Of a stretch of DNA of 64,000 nucleotides, positions 1 to 10,132 are shown one piece after another. The DNA is from Candidatus Moraniibacteriota bacterium (GTDB lineage: Bacteria; Patescibacteriota; Minisyncoccia; Moranbacterales; GCA-2747515). Positions within the stretch are counted from its first letter, which is position 1. Every line of letters starts with the position of its first letter. Position numbers and translations under genes: made by a program. The notes beneath the pieces are model-generated. The model ran no database searches, was not told where the DNA came from, and saw only the letters and a program-made list of their open reading frames with translations. The DNA is taken from contig JBBQZC010000001.1 of assembly GCA_038208115.1 (NCBI GenBank), forward strand, positions 13,977-77,976, read 5' to 3'.

Positions 1-1173
1 AATGAACGGACCTGCAATCACAAATATGATGTGTAAGTAATACACGAGTGCAGGAATAATTGATTTTTTCCAATAAAACGAACCAGTAAAAAACGTATTT
101 CTAATGAAACTTTTCTTCCAACGAACTCGTTGTTTGATTACACCACTAAATGTATCCGGTAATATAGTCAACGATTTTGCAGATTTAGCATACACCACCT
201 TCCAATCTTTTATGGGATAATCGATTTCTTTCACACAATCTTCATTGGCATATTTTTCTTTCATTTTTTTCCCAATATACTTACTGCCAAGCAAAAAACC
301 AGTCAATGTCCTATCTGTAGCAAACTTGAATTCCTGCCCGAGAAATTTATCTTGTTCCCATGCAGGAATAAAATTAAAAATGGCCTCTTTGCGGAAAACT
401 GCCAATGGACCAGAAACACAACTCACCACACCGAAGTAACTCTCAAAGGCTTTATAAATGGCAAATTGACCCTCTGCCCAAGAATCCTGGGCACGCGTAA
501 GAATATTGGTACTTGAATTTTTTAATCGAAAGTGCCCACTGACTCCACCAACATCTGGAAAAACAGTAAAGATTGGCACAATTTTTTCAATCGCACTAGC
601 CTCCCATACCGAATCACTATCTGAAAAAGCAAAAATATTTCCGTGCGCTTCTCTCATTGCACGACCGAGCGCTCTTTTTTTACCTGCATTTTCTTGATGA
701 ATTACCTTTATTTTTCCCCTTTTGGCGTATCTGTTGAGGATTTTTGCTGTTCCGTCAATACTTCCATCATTTACAAAGATTACTTCTTTATTTTTATATG
801 TTTGATTGATGAGTGATAAAATGCATTGTTCAATATTATTTTCCTCATTATAGACCGCCACCATACAACTCACCAAAGGATCTTCTGGTTGCACACCCTT
901 TTCCAAATTCTTTTGTTCGATATCCTTTGCAATCAATGCCGGATCTTCATATTTAAAAATGGCATAATAGAAATTGATTGCCAAAACCACCGTAACCGCT
1001 ATTCCGTAAATATACAAAATAAAATAATCTGACTCTACAAAAAATGACTTTCCTATGATTATCGCAAAAATTGAAAAAACAATAAAATGAACTACTACCT
1101 TATGTCTTAAATTTAGTTGATCGCTTTTATAAAAAGTGTACTTTCTGACGCTTTTTGTTTTTCTGACATCCAT
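1..1173 (-). CDS. Processive family-2 glycosyltransferase (cellulose/chitin/hyaluronan-synthase-like), N-terminal ~390 aa; the gene continues past the window start
   Basis: Own minus-strand translation: start MDVRKTKS at 1173, two TM helices, then VAVYNEENNIEQCILSLINQTYKNKEVIFVNDGSIDGT (GT2 DxD region) and VIKQRVRWKKS (QxxRW motif of processive GT2). No stop occurs before position 1, so the ORF track does not list it. Confidence 0.8.
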   Translation of the reverse strand, partial: MDVRKTKSVRKYTFYKSDQLNLRHKVVVHFIVFSIFAIIIGKSFFVESDYFILYIYGIAVTVVLAINFYYAIFKYEDPALIAKDIEQKNLEKGVQPEDPLVSCMVAVYNEENNIEQCILSLINQTYKNKEVIFVNDGSIDGTAKILNRYAKRGKIKVIHQENAGKKRALGRAMREAHGNIFAFSDSDSVWEASAIEKIVPIFTVFPDVGGVSGHFRLKNSSTNILTRAQDSWAEGQFAIYKAFESYFGVVSCVSGPLAVFRKEAIFNFIPAWEQDKFLGQEFKFATDRTLTGFLLGSKYIGKKMKEKYANEDCVKEIDYPIKDWKVVYAKSAKSLTILPDTFSGVIKQRVRWKKSFIRNTFFTGSFYWKKSIIPALVYYLHIIFVIAGPFI

Positions 1174-1402
1174 ACAATTTACCAACCAATCATTACGTAT
1201 TATCTTTCATCAATATTACATGCATCTGCTTATCCTTGTTATCATTTTTCCCTTTTTATCTAAAAATCACATTCATACGTATGATAATTTTATGTCATGC
1301 CACATCCACTATCTACAACAAAATTATTTTTTTCTTTCTATTAATTATTATGTATTTTTATTACGTGCTATAACTTGTGGCTTTCTCATGTAATCATACA
1401 AA

Positions 1403-1595
1403 CAAAAAACCGACCAAACTAAAAAGCCAAAAAAGCTTTTTGTTCTAAGTCGGTTTCGCCACTCAACTCCCCGTACGCTCACAAGCGACCAAGAATACTT
1501 ACCATAAAATCATCACTCCGCACGGATCAATGTCCCTTAAATGTTCAATTTTCTATTGTTTTAAAAATTATACCAGGTAATTATCAAATCAACAA
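1403..1595 (-). ncRNA. Structured leader RNA, copy A (promoter + conserved core + intrinsic terminator), 5' of the GT2 synthase gene
   Basis: Minus strand: TTGTTG-17-TATAAT promoter (plus 1590-1595 and 1567-1572). Conserved core UUAAGGGACAUUGAUCCGUGCGG...GAGCGUACGGGGAGU...AAACCG. Hairpin plus U-tract at plus 1403-1450. Paralogous to the copies at 15.7, 17.6 and 21.9 kb. Confidence 0.5.
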
Positions 1596-1671
1596 CATGA
1601 ATGCATAATCCAAAAGCACTTCGATTTTCATCGAAGTGCAATCATATACAATATTTTGGATTAATCACTAT

Positions 1672-2439
1672 TTATGTGATCTTTTCCTTAGAAAGAAAAG
1701 CTTGGATATCATTAACTGTACCCATGAATTGTGCTGGAAAGATAATTGTCGAATTCTTTTCTACACTGATTTCTGCCATCGTCTGCAAGTTACGTAATTG
1801 CAATGCAATCGGATGTGCTGCCATCACATCAGCAGTCTCTGCCAATTTTTGACTCGCCAAAAGCTCCCCTTCTGCTGCAATGATCTTGGCACGCTTTTCC
1901 CTCTCTGCCTCTGCCTGTTTTGCCATTGCGCGTTGCATGTTTTCTGGGAGTTCTATATCTTTGATTTCAACGACAGATACCAAAACGCCCCATGGCTCTG
2001 TATTACTATCAAGTACTGTGCTAATTTCTCTGTTGATTTCATCTCGCTCAGACAGGACTTCATCCAATTGAAAACGCCCGACGATATTTCGCACTGTCGT
2101 CTGTGCAATCTGATTGATCGCACTGCGCACATCCTCGATGGATACTATACTTTTTTCTGCATCGACAATCTTATAGTAGGCTACAGCAGAGATGTCTACT
2201 GACACGTTATCTTTGGTGATGATTTTTTGTGGTGGAATCGGCAATGTCACAGTACGAAAATCGATTTTGCGCATTTTATCAATATACGGGATAATCCAAT
2301 TAAGCCCTGGATCTCTACTGGAAATGATCTTACCAAAACGAAATACTACACCTTTTTCATATTGTTGCACCACACGAAACCCCGGAAGGACTAGAAATAT
2401 AAAAAACGAGATTATAAACGTAACAATCACGTAGGCCAT
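1672..2439 (-). CDS. SPFH/band-7 (stomatin/prohibitin-like) membrane protein
   Basis: N-terminal TM helix, then a GKIISSRDPGLNWIIPYIDK...VTKDNVSVDISAVAYYKIVD band-7 core and a C-terminal coiled coil (AKQAEAEREKRAKII). Confidence 0.8.
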   Translation of the reverse strand: MAYVIVTFIISFFIFLVLPGFRVVQQYEKGVVFRFGKIISSRDPGLNWIIPYIDKMRKIDFRTVTLPIPPQKIITKDNVSVDISAVAYYKIVDAEKSIVSIEDVRSAINQIAQTTVRNIVGRFQLDEVLSERDEINREISTVLDSNTEPWGVLVSVVEIKDIELPENMQRAMAKQAEAEREKRAKIIAAEGELLASQKLAETADVMAAHPIALQLRNLQTMAEISVEKNSTIIFPAQFMGTVNDIQAFLSKEKIT

Positions 2440-2510
2440 AGATTTATATGTAAATTATTATATGATAACTATAGCATAACCTGCAAAAAAATAAAGCACC
2501 TTTTTATGCT

Positions 2511-3140
2511 TTATAATTCTATATATCCGGACCAACATGTATGATCTTCTGGTATATGTACGATATGAATTTGTTTTTTTTCAAATACTTCTTCTACTGC
2601 TTTTGTCGCTCCTGGACAATGCTCATGCCCATAATCATCAAAATAGATTACACTCGGTCGTGACATAATGGATTTTACATTTTCAGCGCAGTACTTCACA
2701 GGAACATACAGGTCACAATCAATATGTGCAAATGATATGTTTGTAAGATGAAGAGATTCTAAAATCTCTTCGACTTTGCCCTGATACAGAGTTATCCATT
2801 CTGCAAATCCATTTTTCTGAATATATTCTTCCATATCATCCTTTGTCACATCCGCATATTTTCCTACTGGATGCACAGCATGTCCATCTGAATATGGATG
2901 ACCCACAAATGTATCAATACCATATACCTTATACTCTGGACAAATCTTTTTTACTACTTCTGCCAGAGCAAGAAGCGTACCACCACGATATACTCCCACT
3001 TCCAAGACATTACCTGGATTTTTTGCAAGAGTTTCTGCACATTTATCAATTAAATATTGAAGCCGATTTTCAGGAATAACTGTTGTTCCATACGGAACAC
3101 TTTCCACAGGAGAATTCACATTAATTTTCTCTGTTTTCAT
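2511..3140 (-). CDS. Class I SAM-dependent O-methyltransferase (TylF/MycF macrocin-OMT-like)
   Basis: LEVGVYRGGTLLAL glycine-rich SAM motif and a DCDLY motif typical of the TylF family. Confidence 0.6.
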   Translation of the reverse strand: MKTEKINVNSPVESVPYGTTVIPENRLQYLIDKCAETLAKNPGNVLEVGVYRGGTLLALAEVVKKICPEYKVYGIDTFVGHPYSDGHAVHPVGKYADVTKDDMEEYIQKNGFAEWITLYQGKVEEILESLHLTNISFAHIDCDLYVPVKYCAENVKSIMSRPSVIYFDDYGHEHCPGATKAVEEVFEKKQIHIVHIPEDHTCWSGYIEL

Positions 3141-3159
3141 TATTAATAATATATACTCA

Positions 3160-3696
3160 TTAAAAATTTGCTACGTATGCAACTTCTGTTTCTGCCAAAA
3201 TCGTTTTTTGAAATGGCCCAAGATATGCTTTAACAATCAACTTTTGTCCATGCAATACCTGTGGGACCCAATCCTTATCAGCTGGCATCATTTCAGCAAA
3301 CGGAAGCATGTTAATATCAAACCCTGTTGGTGTGAGCATTTCATTGGTTTCTGCCGGATTCCCTGACCATTTAGTAGCCAAAAATACGTGGGCTTTACAA
3401 ATAAATTTTTCTCCATCACTTTTTGTATTATAAAAATCGACAATAGCCACTTTTTCTAAAAATTCTTCTGACACGATAACATGGCATTCCTCTCTCACCT
3501 CCCTCACCACCGCGTGAATCTCTGTCTCTCCAGCATCAATTCCGCCACCATAACCCATCCAACATCCCTCACCAATTTTGCTTGCCTTACGTGCCAATAT
3601 AACCGTATTATCTTTCATCAAAAAACAAATCACCGCATCAATCAAAACTTTTTCTTCTTTTATAATCATTTTTTTACACGATTTAGCACATATCAA
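3160..3696 (-). CDS. NUDIX hydrolase
   Basis: Nudix box GGGIDAGETEIHAVVREVREECHV. The true start may be the internal Met (MIIKEEK, about 3667). Confidence 0.75.
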   Translation of the reverse strand: MICAKSCKKMIIKEEKVLIDAVICFLMKDNTVILARKASKIGEGCWMGYGGGIDAGETEIHAVVREVREECHVIVSEEFLEKVAIVDFYNTKSDGEKFICKAHVFLATKWSGNPAETNEMLTPTGFDINMLPFAEMMPADKDWVPQVLHGQKLIVKAYLGPFQKTILAETEVAYVANF

Positions 3697-3805
3697 TATC
3701 TACTAAAATCTATTTAAAAAGTATATTTTGAGTTTATATCAATATTCTCAATCTATCAAATAAAAAACCACATGCCATTACGATGTGACACGTGGATTTG
3801 ATTAT

Positions 3806-4063
3806 TTATCTTACTTTTTCTTGTGATAACAAATATCCTTCTACAGGAATATTGTGATTTTGCAAGAATTTCGTCGCCATTTTTAGAAACTCACCTGTTG
3901 CTATAATCTCTGATGGCATATTGTCAAACTCTTTACTGGGTTTTTTAGCAAATACACAACAAAAAGCCACCGGCAAAGCTTTTTGCTTTTTAATTACAGA
4001 AAAAATTTTTCCTATCTGATCAATAACCATGTGAACAATCCCTGTGTGGACAGTGCATTGCAT
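3806..4063 (-). CDS. Hypothetical small protein
   Basis: 85-aa ORF with no recognisable motif. It directly abuts the 23S-like fragment, so its coding status is uncertain. Confidence 0.3.
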   Translation of the reverse strand: MQCTVHTGIVHMVIDQIGKIFSVIKKQKALPVAFCCVFAKKPSKEFDNMPSEIIATGEFLKMATKFLQNHNIPVEGYLLSQEKVR

Positions 4064-4160
4064 TCACTAGTTCTGATACCAGACGTTCGCTCGCCGCTAC
4101 TTGTCTTTCTCTCTGTAAAAGCCGGTGGAGTCCTACTTAACCCAGTGCTCCCATAATATT
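4064..4160 (-). other. Short fragment resembling the 23S rRNA 5' domain (relic/pseudo-rRNA)
   Basis: Minus strand reads ...GGGAGCACUGGGUUAAGUAGGACUCC...GAAAGACAAGUAGCGGCGAGCGAACGUCUGG. The block AGUAGCGGCGAGCGAACG is identical to the universally conserved 23S segment (E. coli about nt 230-250), with degenerate similarity upstream to GGAACUGAAACAUCUAAGUA. There is no further 23S-like sequence on either side. Confidence 0.3.
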
Positions 4161-4767
4161 TGAACATTCCTGGCTAATGCCATTTTATCAAAAATATATT
4201 GAATACACAACATTAAATCAATCTCATCTTACATTCTACTTAGCTCTATCAATTTTATCATTCACTTCAAAATAAAACCAGCAAAACAGAATAATTATAA
4301 ATGACCAAAAAAATGATCATTATTCTGCCCTTGATCGCTAAACAACCTTCACTAAAAGAGATATTCTCTCATAAACATTTTATTCAGATCAATTGATATT
4401 TTGTTTTCAAATATTTTCTCATATAATCCACGCATTCACGATGACCCTGTACGATTATTTTTAAAAAGAATACGTGTTTTTGATATGTTACAAAATCGCA
4501 TGTATTAATAACAATAAAGATGCTCATAATGTTGGCAAAAAATATAGGCCATGCTCGATAAAAAACTGTCCGATTGTAATGTCGATATTGTATGTATTTT
4601 TTTGTAATATATGCGAGATATTTGCTTTTTTGTGGAATATTCATTATTCTGTGAGCTAACGAGATATAAATCATATTTCTCCGTTCCTTTATATATAGTG
4701 ATGTGTCTCTATTCATTTTTGACACATTTAGCCAGTTCATTTAAATCATTGAGAGGAGAATCACACA

Positions 4768-6534
4768 ATGACCATACTACTAGAAAAGATCTTTACAGCA
4801 ACAGTCATCTCCAATCTTCCAGAAAGCATAGGCTCGAGCGTTCATAAATTACAGTTGCGTCTGAATAAAGATTGTTTTTCGGCAGGAGCAGGACAGTTTG
4901 TTGCCTTGGCTCCTATCAATCCTGCAACACTTGCACCACGACCATTTACGATCGTTTCTTATAGAGACAACGTGGTCACATTACTGATCAATGCAGTCGG
5001 GACAAATACTCGTGAATACACAAAGATGCCCTGCCAACACATTATTGAACTTTATGGATCGTATGGCAAAGAGATTGAGTTTGATCAAAGTTGCACATCA
5101 TGCATTTTCGTAGGAGGCGGAATAGGCAATGCAGCATTGGTCCTACCCACTCACAAAGCATTAATTCAACAAAAAGATGTTACGGTGTATCTCGGCGCAA
5201 GAGAAGAAGAACACATCCCTGCTCTTGCACATTTCCATGATCTCCCAATCACGCTCAAAACGATTGCTGAGCGCGGTTCTACACGATCAGGTTATGTCAC
5301 AGATCTGTTGTATGAAAAATTACTCACAGACAACGGCGTGTCCACTGTTGTGGCATGTGGACCAAAAGCTATGCTCAGAAAAATTCATAATCTTTGCGTC
5401 CAGTTCGGCAATCCTTGCATAACGATTGTGGAAGAAGTAATGATTTGTGGCATGGGTGCATGCAAAGGTTGTGCGATTTTTGGTGGCATCGAAGGTAAAG
5501 AAGTGTTGCATGTCTGTAGCGATGGTCCTGCTTTTGATTCACGATGGATCTTTTGGAATCAATTTTCCCCTCAACTCACTACCGTGCATGTAAGTGAATC
5601 TCGTTCGATTAGTGACAAGAATGATATTGACACTCATTGCATGATTGGTGACCTCAGACTTTCAACGCCTTTTATGAATTGCTCCGGCACATTGGATCTT
5701 GATGCGTGCATGGATGGTAGCTTTGATCTAACAGGAGTAGGCGCATTTGTGATTAAAGGACTTTCATTATATCCTCGTTCCGGTAATCCTATGCCGCGAG
5801 TATATGAAACACCCTCTGGCATGCTCAATTCCATCGGCTTGGAGTATATCGGCATAGAAGCATTTATCAAAGATGTTCTTCCGTATTTGCGCACATTAAA
5901 TATTCCAATCATCGCCAACATCAATGGCACATCCATCGATGAATATTGTGTTTTAACTAAACGCTTGAGTGAAACAGACATATCTGCTCTCGAAGTCAAT
6001 ATTTCGTGTCCAAATGTCAAAAAAGGTGGCATGATCTTTGGTATTGATCCAAGCTCTGCTGCTAAAGTTACATCTGCAGTAAAAATGTTAACACATTTGC
6101 CCGTCATTATTAAGCTCACACCAAATGTGACTGACATCACAGTGATTGCCAAAGCAGTGGAAGATGCTGGTGCAGATATTATCTCTTTGATCAACACTGT
6201 ACTTGGCACATCGATTGATATTTGGCATCGCAAAACACGTTTCGCAAACGTCGTTGCAGGATTATCAGGCCCTGCTATTCGTCCGATTGCATTGCGATGT
6301 GTGTTAAGTGTAGCAAATACCGTGCACATACCCATAATTGGTATGGGCGGTAATGAAAATGGTTACACAGCGGCAGAATTCATGATGGCAGGTGCGACAG
6401 CAACAGCATTTGGCACCTCTGGATTTGCAAATCGCACAATCTTTCGATCAGCAATCGACCAGTTGCGTGAAGTTGCACATTTTCATGGGTATTCCTCAAC
6501 ATCTAAACTTGTGAAATGCCTCAAAGTCCCCTAG
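4768..6534 (+). CDS. pyrD: Fused dihydroorotate dehydrogenase: electron-transfer subunit (PyrK-like, N-terminal) + class 1B catalytic subunit (PyrD, C-terminal)
   Basis: N-terminal half has an FAD/NAD-binding fold and a C-terminal 2Fe-2S motif MICGMGACKGC. The C-terminal half has DHODH signatures (LSTPFMNCSGT..., NISCPNVKKGG, TPNVTDI..., GGNENG). Confidence 0.75.
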   Translation: MTILLEKIFTATVISNLPESIGSSVHKLQLRLNKDCFSAGAGQFVALAPINPATLAPRPFTIVSYRDNVVTLLINAVGTNTREYTKMPCQHIIELYGSYGKEIEFDQSCTSCIFVGGGIGNAALVLPTHKALIQQKDVTVYLGAREEEHIPALAHFHDLPITLKTIAERGSTRSGYVTDLLYEKLLTDNGVSTVVACGPKAMLRKIHNLCVQFGNPCITIVEEVMICGMGACKGCAIFGGIEGKEVLHVCSDGPAFDSRWIFWNQFSPQLTTVHVSESRSISDKNDIDTHCMIGDLRLSTPFMNCSGTLDLDACMDGSFDLTGVGAFVIKGLSLYPRSGNPMPRVYETPSGMLNSIGLEYIGIEAFIKDVLPYLRTLNIPIIANINGTSIDEYCVLTKRLSETDISALEVNISCPNVKKGGMIFGIDPSSAAKVTSAVKMLTHLPVIIKLTPNVTDITVIAKAVEDAGADIISLINTVLGTSIDIWHRKTRFANVVAGLSGPAIRPIALRCVLSVANTVHIPIIGMGGNENGYTAAEFMMAGATATAFGTSGFANRTIFRSAIDQLREVAHFHGYSSTSKLVKCLKVP

Positions 6535-6648
6535 GTATGGTGAACTCATCACACAAAACTGAGGCAGTCGACACCATGTCGCACTGCCTCTTATATTTTT
6601 AAAAAAATGTGACATCAATTACTATTGCATTGCCTCAAGTATAAATAA

Positions 6649-7065
6649 TTATGTTCTACTTAGCTCTATCAATTCTCTCAGTCGCCGATCCATATCATCA
6701 CCAATGTTCAAATGCTTCGGACGAATGCTATCATACGCAATATCATCACTCCCAAAAGGTATCACGACGACATTGCTCGTTTTTTGATCTATGCCGAAAG
6801 CAATTTTCATCCCTTCATCCTTAAATCTCTGTATTAACTCATCAATTGGCGTAACAAATCCCGGAAAATCTTCTTCTTCCGCTTTCAATTTTGTATAACT
6901 ATGCGGATTGATCCCTGAAAAAGGAAACCGTTCGTTGCCTTCTGTGAGTTCTCGCACTAACATGATCCGCCGATCTCTCATCTGTGCTTTTTCTAATTCT
7001 TGCGCTTCTTTCAACTGTTCTTGTGACGGACCATTATACCCACTTGGCATTTCATGACTGGACAT
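6649..7065 (-). CDS. Hypothetical protein
   Basis: 138-aa ORF with coding-like composition and no recognised motif. Confidence 0.4.
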   Translation of the reverse strand: MSSHEMPSGYNGPSQEQLKEAQELEKAQMRDRRIMLVRELTEGNERFPFSGINPHSYTKLKAEEEDFPGFVTPIDELIQRFKDEGMKIAFGIDQKTSNVVVIPFGSDDIAYDSIRPKHLNIGDDMDRRLRELIELSRT

Positions 7066-7307
7066 ATCATTATGTTTTTATACAATTAACTTTACATGTC
7101 AAATCTAGCATAATTCTACCAAGTCACATACTAGTCCTTCATTAAAAAAAGACCAGGGTGTTTCCTGATCTTTCCTCGTTGAGAATTTAGTCTATTATTT
7201 GAGATCAATTTTATAACATCATTTTAAAGCACGCATTTATGAAATTTGATTTCAAATAAATAAGGACAATAACAAATTCTTGTTATTGTCCTATGCACCA
7301 GAAGGCG

Positions 7308-7898
7308 TCACGCTGCTATACACTCATCGTAATAGCGATCATCAGCCTGTCTCACTGCTGTGAAAAGCTTCTCAAAAAACTCCCGATTTTGACTAATATC
7401 CAGGAGGTATTGAATCCGAAGATCTTCCAGAGGAATTTTGAAGACGTATATCGCGATAACGATTGCGATTGCTTCATCTTCCCACTCTTTGAGACCAGAG
7501 ACTCCGATACCCCATGTCACCACTGGATCAATCGTGATCGATATAGCGCCGCCAAACTGATCGATGATCAGATTGCGACTCTGATAGGAAGTTAAATCTC
7601 CATGCATGAACATTCTATCTATTTTTTCTTCTGCAAACTCCCAACACCCCTTACGAAAATTGGCATCGGGAAAATCTGTACCGATTTTCGTCTTCAAGAG
7701 TGGGGTAGAAATGCCTTTTTTCCGCAAGGCAAGCACAAACGCCTTGCGTTCCACGGCCATAAGCAAATGCGAATCTATTGCCACCGCGAAAATCTGCTCA
7801 GTAGTGAGTTCAATCCTTCGCTTTAATGCATCACTCTCTACAGTAAAATCTGACACTTCAAATAATCCGCATGACATACGATCTCTCCTTTTGATCAA
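7308..7898 (-). CDS. Hypothetical protein
   Basis: 196-aa ORF with no recognised motif. Confidence 0.4.
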   Translation of the reverse strand: MIKRRDRMSCGLFEVSDFTVESDALKRRIELTTEQIFAVAIDSHLLMAVERKAFVLALRKKGISTPLLKTKIGTDFPDANFRKGCWEFAEEKIDRMFMHGDLTSYQSRNLIIDQFGGAISITIDPVVTWGIGVSGLKEWEDEAIAIVIAIYVFKIPLEDLRIQYLLDISQNREFFEKLFTAVRQADDRYYDECIAA

Positions 7899-8530
7899 AA
7901 ATGTTGGTACTCATCACATCTATTTCTCTGTAAAACTACAACGACTAACCATCATATCAAATACACAAAGCCCTGTCAATCTAGAAAAATAATATAAATT
8001 TGTATTTAAAATCAAAAACTTAAAGGATTGTAACATATCCCTCATCAATCCTAGTGACGCTCTAAATGTAATCCCACTTTTATGTAAAATTTTGCATGTC
8101 TCAACGCCACAAAAACCACATTATACTACTCCCTCTCCTTATTTTTTTCATTTCTTCAATTTTATAATCGTCAAAATCCACGTCCATAAAGTCAGTACAT
8201 TTACCAATTACTATATTGGTGAAAAAAATAGCGAAGTAATCTATCTGTAAAAACTTTGCATGGATTAAATCAATCCTTAATTGACAAAGAACAAACAGCT
8301 CAGAATGGTACAGCTGAAAGAAGTCATGGAGACGATGATGTTTGTAATCTGAAGAAAAAGATCCGTATATGAAATAAATACTTCAATAATTTAGAATATT
8401 ATGCCCTCCTCCATGTTTGATTATTACTATGTTTATTGTTAAAGTTACATCTTATATTCATCATATTTTCGACTTTCTGACAACAACCAAAAAATGAATC
8501 TGTTACCACCAATTGAAACGAATTTATTAT

Positions 8531-9919
8531 TTATTTGATTACTTTTAATTTCTCAAGTGCCATGAGGACGTGAATAGAAAAAACATCAAGAAATTCCAAT
8601 TCTTGTGACGCAATACTGTTATTTCCCTCAAACCCAAGAAATAGAAAACCTTTACATGAATTGTCTGCAATAAATGGAACTACTACAAAATAACTCAAAT
8701 TTCCATTTATATTAAAGTGGGCAATATCATAATATTCACATGAGGAACTTATTGTTCTTTGTTCTTTAATCATTTTTTTGATGAATGCAATTTTTTGCGA
8801 ATCCACTCTTCCAAAAACATTCATTTTTGTCTTATGATATCCCTCTCCAAATACCAAACTAAACAGACCCTTGCTATCATATTTATATATTAAAGCCACA
8901 TTTGCTTGCGAAGAAGTCATGGCAACATTTGTGATATGTGCAAAAAGTTCTTTTTTGTTTTTTTTATAATTTGAGTGCTTATCTATTTCCAATAATGCTG
9001 CAATTTTTCTATTGGAATAACCTACTTGCTCGTAAGCATCGATGAGATTATCTCTAATTTTTTGTTGCAACTCACTTTGAACTACGTGATATTCCTCTTG
9101 ACTTTTTTTTAGATCATAAAACAGTAAGCGATATGGATCCATAAGTCCGATTTCTAAAATGGCCTTATAAATCAAAAGAAATGAAATGTATTTTAGAAAA
9201 TGTCCAAGCATATTCTGGAAATCATAAACATTAATATATCCAGTGAAAATTAACTCTGAAATTACTTTAACGATGAGAGCGAGAGAAAGAAGATTATATA
9301 CTGAAGAATCAAATAATACTTTCTTTTTATAGAGCAATGCGATAGAAACAACAAAAATACCAACAATTACATATTCACTAACTACTTTGAAACGAGTAAG
9401 TCCAGCTGTTTCGGTGTACATATTTGGAAATACATGCCAATAAAATATAGATAGCAACATCAATATTACAATTATCATGTACGTCAGAAATATATAATTT
9501 GCATTGAGTAGAATCCTCCATTGATCTTGAACAGATTTTTTTCTTAAAATAATAAACGCTCCAATAAATGAAAATGCCTCAAGATAGCGTGCACTGATCC
9601 AGAGTTGTGTAGGAAGATTGGTCGTGTGATCCATAAATATATTCATTCCCTTATAACTCAAAACATGTAGCAAATCTAAGCCACCGACAAAAAAATAACC
9701 AATTCCCAGAATAAGCAGATAGTAGTTGCTCACAAAACTTTTTGACGACCATGCGACAGCAAATATGCCGAAAGATATGACTACGGTGAAAAGTTCGATG
9801 AGAGAATGAAATAATAAATAACTATGCAAACTGGTCAATTGTAATACGAAACAGCTCACAATAATCCCTAGTGGGAAAACAAGTTTTCTTATTGCTTTTT
9901 TGTCTGCATTCATATGCAA
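8531..9919 (-). CDS. Membrane sensor protein: multi-TM (MASE-like) N-terminal domain + cytoplasmic GAF-like domain, no obvious output domain
   Basis: About 8 predicted TM helices in residues 1-260, then a GAF-like region (FSLVFGEGYHK...YFVVVPFIADNSCKGFLFLGFEGNN). There is no kinase, GGDEF or HTH. Confidence 0.5.
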   Translation of the reverse strand: MHMNADKKAIRKLVFPLGIIVSCFVLQLTSLHSYLLFHSLIELFTVVISFGIFAVAWSSKSFVSNYYLLILGIGYFFVGGLDLLHVLSYKGMNIFMDHTTNLPTQLWISARYLEAFSFIGAFIILRKKSVQDQWRILLNANYIFLTYMIIVILMLLSIFYWHVFPNMYTETAGLTRFKVVSEYVIVGIFVVSIALLYKKKVLFDSSVYNLLSLALIVKVISELIFTGYINVYDFQNMLGHFLKYISFLLIYKAILEIGLMDPYRLLFYDLKKSQEEYHVVQSELQQKIRDNLIDAYEQVGYSNRKIAALLEIDKHSNYKKNKKELFAHITNVAMTSSQANVALIYKYDSKGLFSLVFGEGYHKTKMNVFGRVDSQKIAFIKKMIKEQRTISSSCEYYDIAHFNINGNLSYFVVVPFIADNSCKGFLFLGFEGNNSIASQELEFLDVFSIHVLMALEKLKVIK

Positions 9920-10132
9920 AAATGTGCTCAGTGGATAAATTTTTTTTGCGATTTATGCAACTAAAACCAAACGTTATCATTAAATATGAATCAGATTACA
10001 ATATCAACAAACACTACAAAATCTAATACGCGATCATTTAACAAAAAATATAAAACAAACCATATTCCACACAATACAAATCGCATCGAATTATCAAATT
10101 AATAAGCTGTCACCGCATTACACAATTAACTA

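Noticed and set aside
4384-4740. 118-aa very basic, aromatic-rich ORF upstream of pyrKD
   Set aside because: - Lies in an extremely AT-rich promoter-like region on the opposite strand.
- Composition typical of chance ORFs in AT-rich DNA.
7899-8530. tRNA or small RNA gene in the 630-nt gene-free region
   Set aside because: - No cloverleaf-compatible segment (GTTC.A.TC T-arm with acceptor pairing) found by eye.
- Only a TTGACA-like box at 8279; insufficient evidence.
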